In this document: piece after piece, positions 1-13,270 of the stretch
Numbering within the stretch: the stretch's first letter is position 1
Layout: each line of letters starts with the position of its first letter
DNA from: the human T2T-CHM13v2.0 reference genome, Homo sapiens
Length of the DNA stretch: 64,000 nt
Strand: one strand, 5' to 3'
Assembly: GCF_009914755.1 (NCBI RefSeq)
Contig: NC_060930.1
Translations under genes and position numbers: made by a program
The notes under the pieces: model-generated
Database searches by the model: none
Told to the model about the DNA's origin: nothing
What the model saw: only the letters and a program-made list of their open reading frames with translations

Positions 1-515
1 ACTGACTGAAACACTTCCATGGCTTCCCTATCATCTATAAAGATCCAACTCTACAGGTTCCTCACAGCCCTACTGGAGCTGGCCCTCCCTGCTCTCTCCC
101 CAGCCTCATCTTGGGTCCTTTTTCTCACCTATCATGTTTCAATACATTGGATTTATTTTTACTGATTTCCTTGAAATGGCAGCATTTGAAAATTCCAATT
201 CAGGGCCTTTTTGTACATGGCATTTCTCCTATCTGAAATAGCTTCCCCACCATCCTTAAGTGGCTGACTCCATCTTTCCTTTCAGTGAGGCTTTTCCTGG
301 CCACTCTGCTATGGCAGTTCCTCCTCATTTTTCTATATCACTTCCCTCTCTTTTTTTTTTTCCCCTTTGCAGCACTATATTATAATTTGTGTTGCTGATT
401 TGTTTAGTGTTTATCTGTCCCACCTGAGTGTATACTTCATGAAGGTAAGGACTTATATAGTTTATTATATATTTAGTGCTCAATAAATATCAGTTCTAAA
501 ATGACATGAATAATT
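1..515 (+). mobile_element. L2 LINE 3' relic
   Basis: Ends with the L2 tail motif TAGTGCTCAATAAATAT...ATGAAT; degenerate L2 body. Confidence 0.6.
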
Positions 516-724
516 AACAAAATTTATTTCTTGTCTGTGTCACTGCTGAAAATTGGCAAGTCAAACACGTACCATATATGCTTATAATAATGTAAAATTA
601 AAAATGTGACTTGGCTTTTTATAATTGTGTGTGATATGAAAATATTTATGCAGCATTTCCCCCCTTCATCTTGAAGTAAATACAAATATTTTTATGTTTA
701 TTGTGGCATTCTGAGCACTTCCTG

Positions 725-870
725 GGAGTTAGAAGACCTGGATTCTAATTCTGGGTCTCCTACCAGCTAACATTGTGACCTTGTAGTCACAATCTCTAAT
801 TTCCTCGTCTATAAACTCAGAAGGTTAGAATACATGATAATCAGGAGCCCAGCCTGCTATAAAATTCCAT
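725..870. mobile_element. MIR SINE relic
   Basis: GGAGTTAGAAGACCTGGATTCTAATTCTGG...TTTCCTCGTCTATAAA MIR core. Confidence 0.6.
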
Positions 871-986
871 GAAAAGTATATTTTTAAACACAGTATTTAA
901 ATATAATTTTTCTTTTCTTTCTACGTAACAATCAAGTTCTTATTCTACCTGGGAAAGCTGATGTTATCCCACTACTTTAAAAACAA

Positions 987-3900
987 TTTTTTTTATTTCC
1001 ATAGGTTACTGGGGAACAGGTCGTGTTTGGTTACATGAGTAAGTTCTATAGTGGTGATTTGTGAGATTTTGGTGCACCCATCACCCAGGCAGTATACAGT
1101 GCCCCCAATTTGTAGTCTTTTATCCCTCACCCCCTTCCCACCCTTTCCCCCTGAGTCCCCAAAGTTCATTGTGTCATTCTTATGCCTTTGCATCCTCATA
1201 CCTTAGCTACCACTTATGAGTGAGAACATACAATGTTTGGTTTTCTATTCCTGAGTTACTTCACTTAGAATAATAGTCTCCAGTCTCATCCAAGTCACTG
1301 TGAATGCTATTAATTCATTCCTTTTTATGGCTAAATAGTATTCCATCATATATATCACATTTTCTTTGTCCACTTATTGATTGATGGGTATTTGGGTTGG
1401 TTCCATATTTTTGCAGTTGCAAATTGTGCTGCTATAAACATGCATGTACAAGTATCTTTTTTGTATGATGAGTTCTTTTCCAATGGGTAGATACCCAGTA
1501 GTGGGATTGCTGGATCAAATGGTGGTTCTACTTTTAGTTCTTTGAGGAATCTTCACACTTTTAGTTCTTTAAGGAATCTTCCATAGTGGTTGTACTAGTT
1601 TACATTCCCACCAGCAGTTCCCAGTTCATTGCATCCACACCAACATCTAATATTTTATGATGTTTTGATTATGGCCATTCTTGCAGGACTAAGATGATAT
1701 CACATTGTGGTTTTGATTTACATTTCCCTGATCATTAGTGATGTTGAACATTTTTTCATATGTTTGTTGGCCATTTGTATATCTTCTTTTGAGAATTGTC
1801 TATTCATGTCCTTAGCCCACTTTTTGATGGGCTTCTTTGTTTTTCCTTGCTAATTTGTTTGAGTTCATTGTAAATTCTGGATATTAATCTTTTGTCAGAT
1901 GTATAGATTATGAAGATTTTTTCCCACTCTGTGGGTTGTCTGTTTACTCTGTTGACTGTTCCTTTTGCCGTGAAAAAGCTCTTTAGGTTAATTAAGTCCC
2001 AGCTATATATCTTTGTTTTTATTGCATTTGCTTTTGGGTTCTTGGTCATGAAACCCTTGCCTAAGCCAATGTCTAGAAGAGGTTTTCCAATGTTATTTTC
2101 TAGAATTTTTATAGTTTCAGGTCTTAGATTTAAGTCCTTGATCCATCTTGAGTTGATTTTTATATAAGGTGAGAGATGAGGATCCAGTTTTATTCTCCTA
2201 CTTGTGGCTTGCCAATTATCCCAGCACAATTTGTTGAATAGGGTGTCCTTTCCTCACTTTATGTTTTTGTTTGCTTTGTCAAAGATCAGTTGGCTGTAAG
2301 TATTTGGCTTTATTTCTGGGCTCTCTGTTCTATTCCATTGGTCTATGTGCCTATTTTTATACCAGTACCATGCTGTTTTGGTAACTATGGTCTTATAGTA
2401 TAGTTTGAAATCAGGTAGTGTGATGCCTCCAGGTTTATTCTTTTTGCTTATTCTTGCTTTGGCTATGCGGGCTCTTTTTAGGTTCTATATGAAGTTTAGG
2501 ATTGTTTTTTCTAATTCTGTGAAGAATGATAGTGGTATTTTGATGGGAATTGCATTGAATTTTTAGATTGCTTTTGGCAGTATGGTCATTTTCACAATGT
2601 TGATTCCCACCCTATCAGCATGGAATGTGTTTCCATTATTTGTTTCATTATTTGTGTCATCTGTTATTTCTTTCAGCAGTGTTTTGTAGTTTTCCTTGTA
2701 GAGGTCTTTCACCTCCTTGGTTATGTATATTTCTAAGTTTTTGTTTGTTTGTTTGTTTTTCAGCTATTGTAAAAGGGGTTGAGTTCTTGATTTGATTCTC
2801 AGCTTGGTCGCTGTTGGTGTAAAGAAGAGCTACTGATATGTGTATATTAATTTTGTATCCAGAAACTTCGCTGAATTCTTTTATCAGTTCTAGGAGCTTT
2901 CTGGAGGAGTCTTTAGGATTTTCCAGGTAAACAATCATATCATCAGTGAACAGTGACAGTTTGACTTCTTTACCTATTTGGATGACCTTTATTTCTTTCT
3001 GTTGTCTGATTGCTCTGCCTAGGACTTCTTCTAGTACTGTGCTGAAGAGGAGTGGAGAGAGTGGGCATCCTTATGTTGTCCCAGTTCTCAGAGGGAATGC
3101 TTTCAACTTTTCCCCATTCAGCATTATGTTGGCTGTGGGTCTGTCATAGATGGCTTTTATTACATTGAGGTATGTCCCTTGTATCAATTTTGCTGAGAAT
3201 TTTAATCAGAAAGGGGTACTAGATTTTGTTGATTGCTTTTTCTGCATCTATTGAGATGATCGTGTGATTTTTGTTTTTAATTCTGTTTATGTGGTGTATC
3301 ACATTTATTGACTTGCGTATGTTAAATCATCCCTGCATCCCTGGTATGAAAACCACTTAATCGTGGTGGATTATCTTTTTCATATGTTGTTGAATTCGGT
3401 TAGCTAGTATTTTGTTAAGGATTTTAGCATCTATGTTCATCAGGGATATCAGTCTATAGTTTTATTTTTTGGTTATGTCCTTTCCTGGTTTTGGTATTAG
3501 GGTGATACTGCCTTCATAGAATGATTTATGGAGGATTCCCTCTTTCTCTATCTTGTAGAATAGTGCCAATAGTACCAGTTTTTCTTCGAATATCTGGTAG
3601 AATTCTTCTGTGAATCTGTCTGGTCCTGGACTTTTTCCTGCTGGTAGTTTTTTAATTATTTCAGTCTTGCTGCTTGTTGTTGGTCTGTTCAGGGTATCTA
3701 ATTCTACCTGAATTAAGCTAGCAGGGTTTTATCTTTCAGGAATTTATCTATCTACTCTAGTTTTCTAGTTTATGTGCGTAAAGGTGTTCATAGTAGCCTT
3801 GAATGACCTTTTGTATTTCTGTGGTGTCAGTTGTAATATCTTCCATTTTGTTTCTAATTGAGCTTATTGGATTTTCTCTCTTCTTTTCTTGGTTAATCTT

Positions 3901-6900
3901 GCTAATGGTCTATCAATTTTATGTAGCTTTTCAAAGAACCAGCTTTTTGTTTCATTTATCTTTTGTTTTTTTTGTTTGTTTATTTCAATTTCATTTGTTT
4001 CTGCTTTGATCTTGGTTATTTTCTTTCTTCTGCTGGGTTTGGGTTTGGTTTGTTCTTGTTTTTCTAGTTCCTTGAGGTGTGGCCTTAGATTGTCTGTTAG
4101 TGCTCTTTCAGACTTTTTGATGTAGGCGTTTTGGGGTTTGAACTTTTCTCTTAGCACTGCCTTTGCTGTATCCCAGAGGCTTTGATAGGTTGTGTCATTA
4201 TTGTCATTCAGTTCGAATGATTGTTTAATTTCCATCTTGATTTTATTTTTGACCCAAAGCTCACTTAGGAGCAGGTTATTTAATTTCCATGTATTTGCAT
4301 GGTTTTGAAGGTTCCTTTTGGAGTTGACGTCCAATTTTATTCCACTATGGTCTGAGAGAGTGCTTGATATAATTTCAATTTTCTTAAATTTATTGAGGCT
4401 AATTTTGTGGCCTATCATATGGTCTGTCTTGGAGAAAGTTCTATGCGCTGTTGAATACAATGTATATTCTGCGGTTGTTGGGTAGAATGTTTTGTAAATA
4501 TATTAAGTCCATTTGTTCCAGGGTATAGTTTAAATCCATTGTTTCTTTGTTGACTTTCTGTCTTGGCCTGGCTAGTGCTATCAGTGGAGTATTGAAGTCC
4601 CCCCCTATTATTATGTTGCTGTCTATCTCATTTCTTAGGTCTATTAGTAATTGTTTTATAAATTGGGTGCTCCAGTGTTAGGTGCATATATATTTAGGAT
4701 TATGACATTTTCCTGTTGGACAGGTCTTTTATCATTATATAATGTCCCTCTTTGTCTTTTTTAATTGCTGTTGCTTTAAAGTTTGTTTTGTCTGATACAA
4801 GAATAGCCACTCCTGCTCACTTTTGGTGTCCATTTGCATGGAGTTTCTTTATCCACCCCTTTACCTTAAATTTACATGAGTCCTTATGTATTAGGTGAGT
4901 CTCTTGAAGGCAGCAGATGGTTGGTGAATTCTTATCCATTCTGCGATTCTGTATCTTTTAATTGGAGCATTTAGGCTATTTACATTCAACATTAGTATTA
5001 AGATGTGAGATACCATTCTGTTCATCGTGGTATTTGTTGTCTGTATACCTGGATTTTTTGTTTTTTGTTTTTAATTGTATTTTTGTTTTATAGGTCCTGT
5101 GAGATTTATGCTTTAAAGAGGTTCTGTTTTGATGTGTTTTGATTTGTTTCAAGATTCAGAGCTCTTTTTAGCAGTTCTTGTAGTGCTAGCTTGGTAGTGG
5201 CAAATTCTCTCAGAATTTGTTTTTCTGAAAAAGACTGTATCTTTCCTTCATTTATGAAGCTTAGTTTCACTGAATACAAAATTCTTGGCTGATAATTCTT
5301 TTGTTTAAGGAGGCTGAAGATAGGGCCCCAATCCCTTCTAGCTTGTAGGGTTTCTGCTGAGAAACTGCTATTAATCTGATAGGTTTTCCTTTATAGGTTA
5401 CCTGGTGCATTTGCCTCACAGCTCTTAAGATTCTTTCCTTCATCTTAACTTTAAATAACCTGAGGAAAGTGTGCCTAGGTGATGATCTTTTTGTAGTGAA
5501 TTTCCCAGGTATTCTTTGAGCTTCTTGTGTTTGGATGTCTAGAGAAGTTTTCCTTGATTATTCCCCCAAATATGTTTTCCAGACTTTTAGATTTTTCTTC
5601 TTCAGGAATGCTGATTATTCTTAGGTTTGGTTATTTAACATAATCCCAAACTTTTTAGAGGCTTTGTTCATATTTTCTTATTCTTTTTTCTTTGTCTTTG
5701 TTGGATTGGGTTAATTAGAAAACCTTGTCTTTGAGCTCTGAAGTTCTTTCTTCTGCTTGTTTGATTCTATTGCTGAGACTTTCCAGAGCAGTTTGCATTT
5801 CTATAAGCACATCCATTGTTTCCTGAAGTTTTTATTGTTTTTTATTTATGCTATTTCATTGAAAAAAATTTCCCTTCACTTCTTGTATCTTTTTTATTTC
5901 CTTAAATTGGGCTTTGCCTTTCTCTGGTGCCTTCCTGATCAGCTTAATAACTAACCTTCTAAATTGTTAGGTAAATTAGGGATTTCTTCTTGGTTTCAAT
6001 CTATTGCTGGTGAGCTAGTGTGATTTTTGGGGGCATTAAAGAACCTTGTTTTGTCATATTACCAGAGTTGGTTTTCTGGTTCCTTCTCATTTGGGTAGAC
6101 TCTATCAGAGGGAAGGTATAGGGCTCAAGGCTGTTGTTCAGATTCTTTTGTCCCACGGGGTGTTCCCTTGATGTAGCATTCTCTCCCTTTTCCTATGGAT
6201 GTGGCTTTCTGAGAGCCGAGCTGTAGTGATTGTTATCTCTCTTCTGGATCTAGCCATCCAGCAAGTCTGCCAGGCTCCAGGCTGGTACTGGGGGTTGTCT
6301 GCACAGAGTCCTGTGCTGTGAGCCGTCTGTGGGTCTCTCAGCCATAGATACCAGCACCTGCTCCAGTGGAGGTGGCAGGGGGGTGAAACGGACTCTGTGA
6401 GGGTCCTTAGCCTTGGTTGTTTAATGTACTATTTTTGTGCTGGTTGGTCTCCTGCCAGGAGGTGGTGTTTTCAAGATAGCATTAGCTGTGGTAGTATGGG
6501 GGGAACAGGCAGTGGGTGGGCCCCTAGAACTCCCAAGAGTATATGCCCTTTGTCTTCAGTTACCAGGGTGGGTAGGGAAGGACCGTTAGGTTGGGGCAGG
6601 GCAAGATGTGTTTGAGCTCAGACTCTCCTTGGGCAGGTCTTGCTGTGGCTGCTGTGGAGGATGGGGGTGAGGGTCTGAGGTCAATGGAGTTGTGTTCCTA
6701 GGAAGATTATGGCTGCCTCTACTGTATACTTCAGGTTGTCAGGGAAGTGGGGGAAAGCCAGCAGTCATAGACCTCACCCAGCTCCCATGCAACCCAAAGG
6801 TCCAATCTCACTCCCACTGTCCCGCCCCTCTCCAACAGCACCAAGTCTGTTTCCAGGCAGTGGGTGAGCAAGGCTGAGAACTTGCCCCAGGCTACCTGCC

Positions 6901-7512
6901 TCCCAGCTTTGAAAGCAAGTGGGGCTTTCCTTCTTCCCCCACCTGTGGAATCTGTACACTGGATTCACACCTTCTCCCGAGTTCTGGCCAGGAGACTTCT
7001 CAATTGGTTCAAATCATTACACAGTTCAGCTGGAGGTTCCCTTCTTCCTGTGGCCTTTTCCCAGTGCCTCTGGCTGCCCTCCCCAAGTACCCCTGTGAAG
7101 CAAGGCAGAAATGGCTTGGTAGGGGACCCCAGGGAGACCATAGGACTTTTCCCGCTGCTTCCTCTACCCCCGTATTTCACTCGCCTCTCTGAATTGACCC
7201 AGCTCCAGGTAAGGTCAGAATCTTCTCCTGTAATCTAGACCTTCAGGTTCCTCAGTGGGGGTGTGTGTTCGGGGACAGATGATCTCCCTTTCCCACTTCC
7301 ATAGTTTGGGCACTCACAGTATTTGGGGTGTCTCCCGGGTCCTACAAGAGCAATTTGCTTCCTTCAGAGGGTCTGTGGATTCTCTCTGCTTACCTAATTT
7401 ATTCCTGCAGTCATCCTGGAGCAAAAAAGCTCACAGTGCAAGCCTTCACACGCTGCTCTGCCCGTCTGAGTGGGAGCTGCAATCTAGTCCTACCTTCCAT
7501 CTGCCATGATTC
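987..7512 (-). mobile_element. Near full-length degenerate L1 (L1PB-type 3' end, L1PBa-type 5'UTR), intron 2
   Basis: T-tract, then L1 3'UTR; minus-strand ORF2 fragments (1804-2229, 2657-2938, 3864-4460); 5' end reads ATCATGGCAGATGGAAGGTAGGACTAGATTGCAGCTCC on the minus strand. Confidence 0.88.
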
Positions 7513-8699
7513 CAGGGAAACTTTCCAAAGAGCTTTTCTACATTAACTCTTCTATCCCATTCATTCTTTGTGGGAGGAGCACAGAACTCTTAATTCTGTT
7601 CTTAATAAATAGATAAGTGCCTTTTAAAAATTAACAATTAAGTAATTCTTTTCGGTTAGCATATTCTTTACCTGAGACCATATATATATATATATATACA
7701 TACACACATATAACAAGACCATATATATATGTGTATCTCCTTGCCTCCCATTCTCAGGCCAACTTCCTGTTGCCATAGGCATTTTCATGCCCACCAATCT
7801 TAGAAAACAGATGGTTTGGGAGCATGGCTGTGGCCACAGACTTGATCTTTGGTTATCTTCTCTGTGATTCTCTTCTCACTCCTTTGGTGAGTTGTCCAGG
7901 TTCATGGCTTGAAATGTCCTCTTTATGATGATAAGTTGTCCTCTAAACATATGTATACATAAATGCCTATTTGCCATCTCGTCTTGAATGTCTAATAAAT
8001 ATCTCAAATTAAGCATATCTAAAACTGAACTCCCAATTTTGTCTTCTTACCCCCAAAATCTGTTCTGCAGCAATCTTCTTCATATCAATTTGATAGTAAT
8101 TCTATGCTTTCAGTTGCTTGGCCAAAAATGTTTGCATTATCCTTGAATGTTCTGTAATATTTACTTCTTCCCCTAAACCCAGTCCTGCAGTATAAATTAC
8201 CCCCTGCAGTATACAACTTGTGCTGTCACTTAAATTCAGTAAGTCTAAAATCAAACTCACCATCTGCCATACCCAAATTATCTTCTCCTTATGTTTACAT
8301 TTCTATGAGATCACCACTATATCGCCAGCACTGGGTTTTCCTCAACACCTCATCTGCTTCCACCTTCCCACTTCCTTACTATCAATCCAGTCAGACTTCT
8401 GCTTTTCCATTGCTGGTAATTAATTACTGCAGACCTGGACTATTGAAGGGGCTTCCAGTCTGATTGCCATGCCTAGTACTTCCTCCTCCATCATAGCCTG
8501 CATACTGCTGCTGGGTTTCCTTCCTCTGCTTCTGTTATTACCACTGCTTAGAAGCCCCCCTTGTATCCTCTGCTGATCTAAAATCTTTCACTCTTCAAGT
8601 CTAATACATCTTTTGTTTCCTCCTAGTTAAGCTTTCTCTGACCACTTTAGTCCACACAGATTCCTTCTTGGAACCACGATAGCATTTGTTACCTGAGAA

Positions 8700-8880
8700 G
8701 TAGCAAGATGTGTGGAGAGAATATTGGGTTGTGAGTTAATAGTCTGAATTTCAGTTCCAGTTCTGGCCCTAACCCCTTACATGGCCTCAGGCACGCCACC
8801 TTACCACCCTGGGTCTCAGTTTCCTCCTTTATAAAATAAGTGGGGTTGGGCTAGCTGATCAGTTCAGCTTTAACATTTTA
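8700..8880. mobile_element. MIR SINE relic
   Basis: CTGGGTCTCAGTTTCCTCCTTTATAAAAT MIR core. Confidence 0.6.
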
Positions 8881-9386
8881 TGTATTTATAAATATATGGC
8901 TCAGATACAGGCCATTTTATATATGAATTACTATGATCATGTCCCCCCTTTCAGTTCTTTGCAGTTGATCTAAAATGTTACTTCAACATTATCTGTCCTT
9001 TGCTTTTACCATGTTATTTTTCTCCTTCAAACATTCCACTGCACTTATCCATTTTATCTTTTTATTATGAGTTTTAAGGCCTTCATTATATTCACATTTC
9101 TCCTATGCACTTGTATGCACTTGCCAGTTCTCTTGGTTTTTATCTTGTTTTTCCACAGTAGTTACGCTACCCATTTTTTTTTTTAGCAACAGTGTCCGTG
9201 TATAGAATTATTTCATCTTTCCATTTATCAAGCCATATTTCTGTTTCATTTAGGATCTTCTTGATTTGTTCCTCTTATTCTAGTAGAGGCTTGGGTAAAC
9301 TATCTTGCCTGCTTAGAATCCCATTCTAATACTTTCTCTCCTTGAAAAGACACATTAAAAACAGAGACAAAATAACAGAAATTTAA

Positions 9387-9758
<372 letters not shown>

Positions 9759-10219
9759 TAATCTATATATTGATACCATGTTGACTTCACATTGATGATG
9801 ATGCTCCCCAGAGGACCAATGGTTTGCTCAATGTAATATATATGTTCCTGAGCACAAGGAGGGTATTTACACACGTTTTAGAGATTGTATAGCGGATTGA
9901 TGATGAGGGTATGTACACACCCTTCAAAGATTCTGTAGTGGATTGATGATGTGAAAGTCATTCATATAAAGTTTATAATAATGAACGTAATTAATATACA
10001 TTTACAAAGGACTACACTTCTAAAGAAGTGCAATTAACCCTTCATTTTCAGTTTGAAACCAAAAATCGCAATCTTATCCAAGATTTTTTACTCTTCCCAG
10101 AAGTTCTGGGAGGGACTTTTGACATGGAGGTGAAGCTAGTAGAGTTAAGTCCTTTAAGATGTATTCTCACCAAGGAACATATGCAATAAATAGTTTATAC
10201 ACATTGTGAGTATTTAAAG

Positions 10220-10949
10220 CAGATGTCAGCAAACTTTTTCTGTAAAGGGCAGTTAGCGTATATTTTGGCCATTGCAGTGGTTTTAGCCTGCGTAGTCTGC
10301 CACAACAAAATACCACAGATTGAGTGGTTTAAATAATAGAATTTATTTTCTCACAGTTCTGGAGGTTGGAGGTCCAAGATCAAGGTGCCAGCTGGTTTGA
10401 ATTCTGGTGAGGGCTCTCTTCCTGGCTTGCATACAGCGGTCTTCTTGCTATGTCTTCATGTGGCCTTACCTTGGTGTGTACATGTGGGAGTTAGGGGAGG
10501 GAAGTAACTCTCTTTCTCTTCTTCTCTTCTAAGGCAACCAGTTCTATGGGATTAGACTTAAAGGTGGCATACCTCTATCCTTAAGATCTGGTTTAACCTT
10601 AATTACCTCCTAAGGATCCTGTCTCCAAATATAGTCACATTGAGGGTTAGGGGTTCAACATATGAATTTTGGGGATGAGGGGGACACAATTTAGTCTGTG
10701 TATCTCTGTCACAACTATTCAACTCTTCCCTTGTAATGGGAGAGCAGCTGTTAACAAAAAAGCGTAAATTATTTACATAATTATTTGTGGATTGAAAATT
10801 TAAATTTTTATAATTTCCATGTGTTATGAAACATTTTTTAAAATTTTTTAAACCATTTAAATATGTAAAACCCACTCTTAGCTTGCAGGTCATAAAAAAA
10901 ACAGGTGGCAGGTTAGATTTGTCCCATGGACTATAGTTTGCAGTATCTG
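10220..10949. mobile_element. hAT-Charlie MER58-like element interrupted by an MLT1 LTR
   Basis: CAGCAAACTTTTTCTGTAAAGGGC start; GGACTATAGTTTGC end. Confidence 0.65.
10278..10700. mobile_element. MLT1 (ERVL-MaLR) solo LTR
   Basis: AACAAAATACCACAGA...TTTATTTTCTCACAGTTCTGGAGG...GGGGACACAATT typical of MLT1. Confidence 0.8.
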
Positions 10950-11098
10950 TAGTTTTAGAGTATCAAGATTTACAGGATAGAAGTGATGAGTGTTAAAATC
11001 TCCCTGTGTGGTTCTGTTTTCAGGAAGGTACTTGATATTTTTCAGATGACTATGACAAGCTAATAGTACACCATTTCTCCTTTCCTTGTATGTTATAG

Positions 11099-11386
11099 GT
11101 ACTGAAATTTGATGCCTATTTCCAAGAAGATGTTCCTATGTCAACTGAGGAACAGTATAGGATCCGTCAGGTGAACATTTACTATTATCTAGAAGATGAC
11201 AGCATGTCTGTCATAGAGCCTGTTGTAGAAAATTCTGGAATCCTTCAAGGCAAGTTAATAAAACGCCAGCGGCTAGCCAAGAATGACCGGGGTGACCATT
11301 ACCATTGGAAAGACCTAAATCGAGGAATAAACATCACAATTTATGGCAAAACTTTCCGCGTTGTTGACTGTGACCAATTCACACAG
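11099..11386 (+). CDS. EFHC1: EFHC1 exon 3 (288 nt, phase 0/0; DM10 domain 1, VLKFDAYF...DCDQFTQ)
   Basis: Pyrimidine tract + TAG at 11096-11098; donor CAG|GTATAG; translation (ORF 11138-11392) matches EFHC1 as I recall it. Confidence 0.97.
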
Positions 11387-12174
11387 GTATAGCATATATT
11401 TTTGAAAGTTGTGGGGTCTGAGGCATCATTCTAATTTATAGAAGGATACATTTCATTTATTAGGGTAAGGGGAGGACATTGGTAATCTGTCCTGCATGAA
11501 TTATTATGAATGGCTAGGTATTTGCATGTGTGTATGTGCTAATATGTGCCAACACTAATAGTAACATAATTTTTTCAGAATGATATTAATACTTATTCAC
11601 TCAAAATCAAACTCTCATCATAGCTGAATAATTTGGTAAGAAACCAGGTTAAAATGGCAGTTCAAACAGGGAGTAGGGGAATAGCATCCCTGCTGGGATG
11701 TAAGTATGGAAGAGGGATTAAACGTTTTATCTTAAGTGTGAGTTTACAAAAATAGCACTACTTCTATTAGCAGATATGAGCCTAAAATTTTTTGTGTAGC
11801 TCATATATTTTTGGTAAATGATACTTGCTATATTCTAGGAAAGCTTACCATCTAAAGAATTTCTGAAATGAAACCATTTTTAAATGAAAAAACCTCTTCT
11901 ATATGTAAAAAGTCCTCTATTTCGTAAGTTTGGATTTTTTAATACAAAGGAAACTTTTATTAAAGTTACATGCATAGAGGATATAGGTGGCCTTTCTTTA
12001 CTACAAAGTGTAGGAATTAGGAAGTCAATTCCAAATTTGTCTTAGTTAAAAAAATATTTCTAGCAGCAAAGATATAGTTTCTGAAGTATTTTATGTCCCT
12101 ATTCCAGGATACCTAGTGCCATATGTGACTAATTTTTACCATGCACTGAGCTCCTATGAATCCATTATTGTTTT

Positions 12175-12560
12175 CATTTAGTAGTTTGTTTAACAGATAT
12201 TTATTTGCATGCCTGCTTTGTTCCATGCACTGTTCTAGGTGCCAGATGTTTTCAGGAAGGTACTTGATATTTTTCAGATGACTATGACAAGCTAATAGTG
12301 CACCATTTCTCCTTTCCTTGCATGTTATAGGTACTTGCCCCTATAGAGGTTCCAATCTTGTTGGAGGAGATAAGCAATAGCAAATAAATAGATTGGTTAT
12401 ATGTCAGATGATGATAACAGCAATGGAGGAAAATAAAGCTGAGTAAAGGGAATGGAAGTTGAGGGGCTCTTTATAGAGGCGGATCAGAGAATGCCTCAGT
12501 GATAAGATGACATATGAATAGAGGCCTGAAGGAAGTAAAGAAAGGAGCCATGGCATCAGT
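12175..12560 (-). mobile_element. L2 relic interrupted by a copy of the exon-3 acceptor
   Basis: AACAGATATTTATT...GCACTGTTCTAGGTGC, then insert, then TGCCCCTATAGAG...CAAATAAATA. Confidence 0.65.
12247..12335 (+). repeat. 89-bp direct duplicate of 11015-11103 (exon 3 acceptor region)
   Basis: 87/89 identity by manual alignment; mismatches at 12300 and 12321. Confidence 0.95.
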
Positions 12561-12863
12561 GCCATTCCAAAGCAATAGAGAAAAATAGCTTCAAAAGTAG
12601 AGGTGCTAGACCATCTTTGAGATATTCTCCCGTTCCAACATATTTTTATCTCTTTGCTTTTTAGGTGTCTGAGGTCTTATATATCATAGGCAGTTTCACA
12701 ATTGTACCAACAGTGAGAAATGATAAAATGTTATCTAAACATAAATGTATTAACAATTATTTTTACAGTTGTGTTTTCATAACAATTATTTTTACAGTTG
12801 TGTTTTTATGGGCAATTTGAACATTTGCAAGTTAATCACTGAGCGTTTGACCTAATCTATTTA

Positions 12864-13270
12864 TAGTCGGTTCTCATTATTGACAGTAATTAGGACTATA
12901 AAGTCACCACAAACACTGAATTAGTGAATACTGAACCACTAGTCTTAGAGGAAATACAGGGTTAGGTTCCCACTAATCTCTGGCCACATTTTTGTCAACT
13001 GATCAATACATAAGTTTGATTCATGTATGTTTCTGTTTAAAGACACCTTATTTAATATATACGGTTGATTCATTAACATTAAACTCACACCCAACAGCAC
13101 TATAACTCACGTCTGAACAAAGCTTATCTAAGACATGCATTTTCTCCATGAGGTGTGTTACAGCCTTCTTGTGCTTAGGAACACTAAATAGCACTTCATC
13201 ACTAGGCACTGGGACCCTTTAAACAGCAAAATCACCAACAAAAAACACAAAAATGCAAAAAATCTGGCAC
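12864..13270 (+). mobile_element. TcMar-Tigger MER82-like element, truncated
   Basis: AGTCGGTTCTCATTATT...AAAGTCACCACAAACACTGAATTAG matches MER82 as I recall it. Confidence 0.7.

Noticed and set aside
1531-1582. 27-bp tandem duplication inside the L1PB, and the similar duplicated start of the MST LTR (58243-58300)
   Set aside because: Routine slippage inside dead repeats with no evident consequence.
9790-9856. Possible C/D box snoRNA (ATGATGA ... CTGA)
   Set aside because: No terminal stem or recognisable guide sequence; the motifs are expected by chance.
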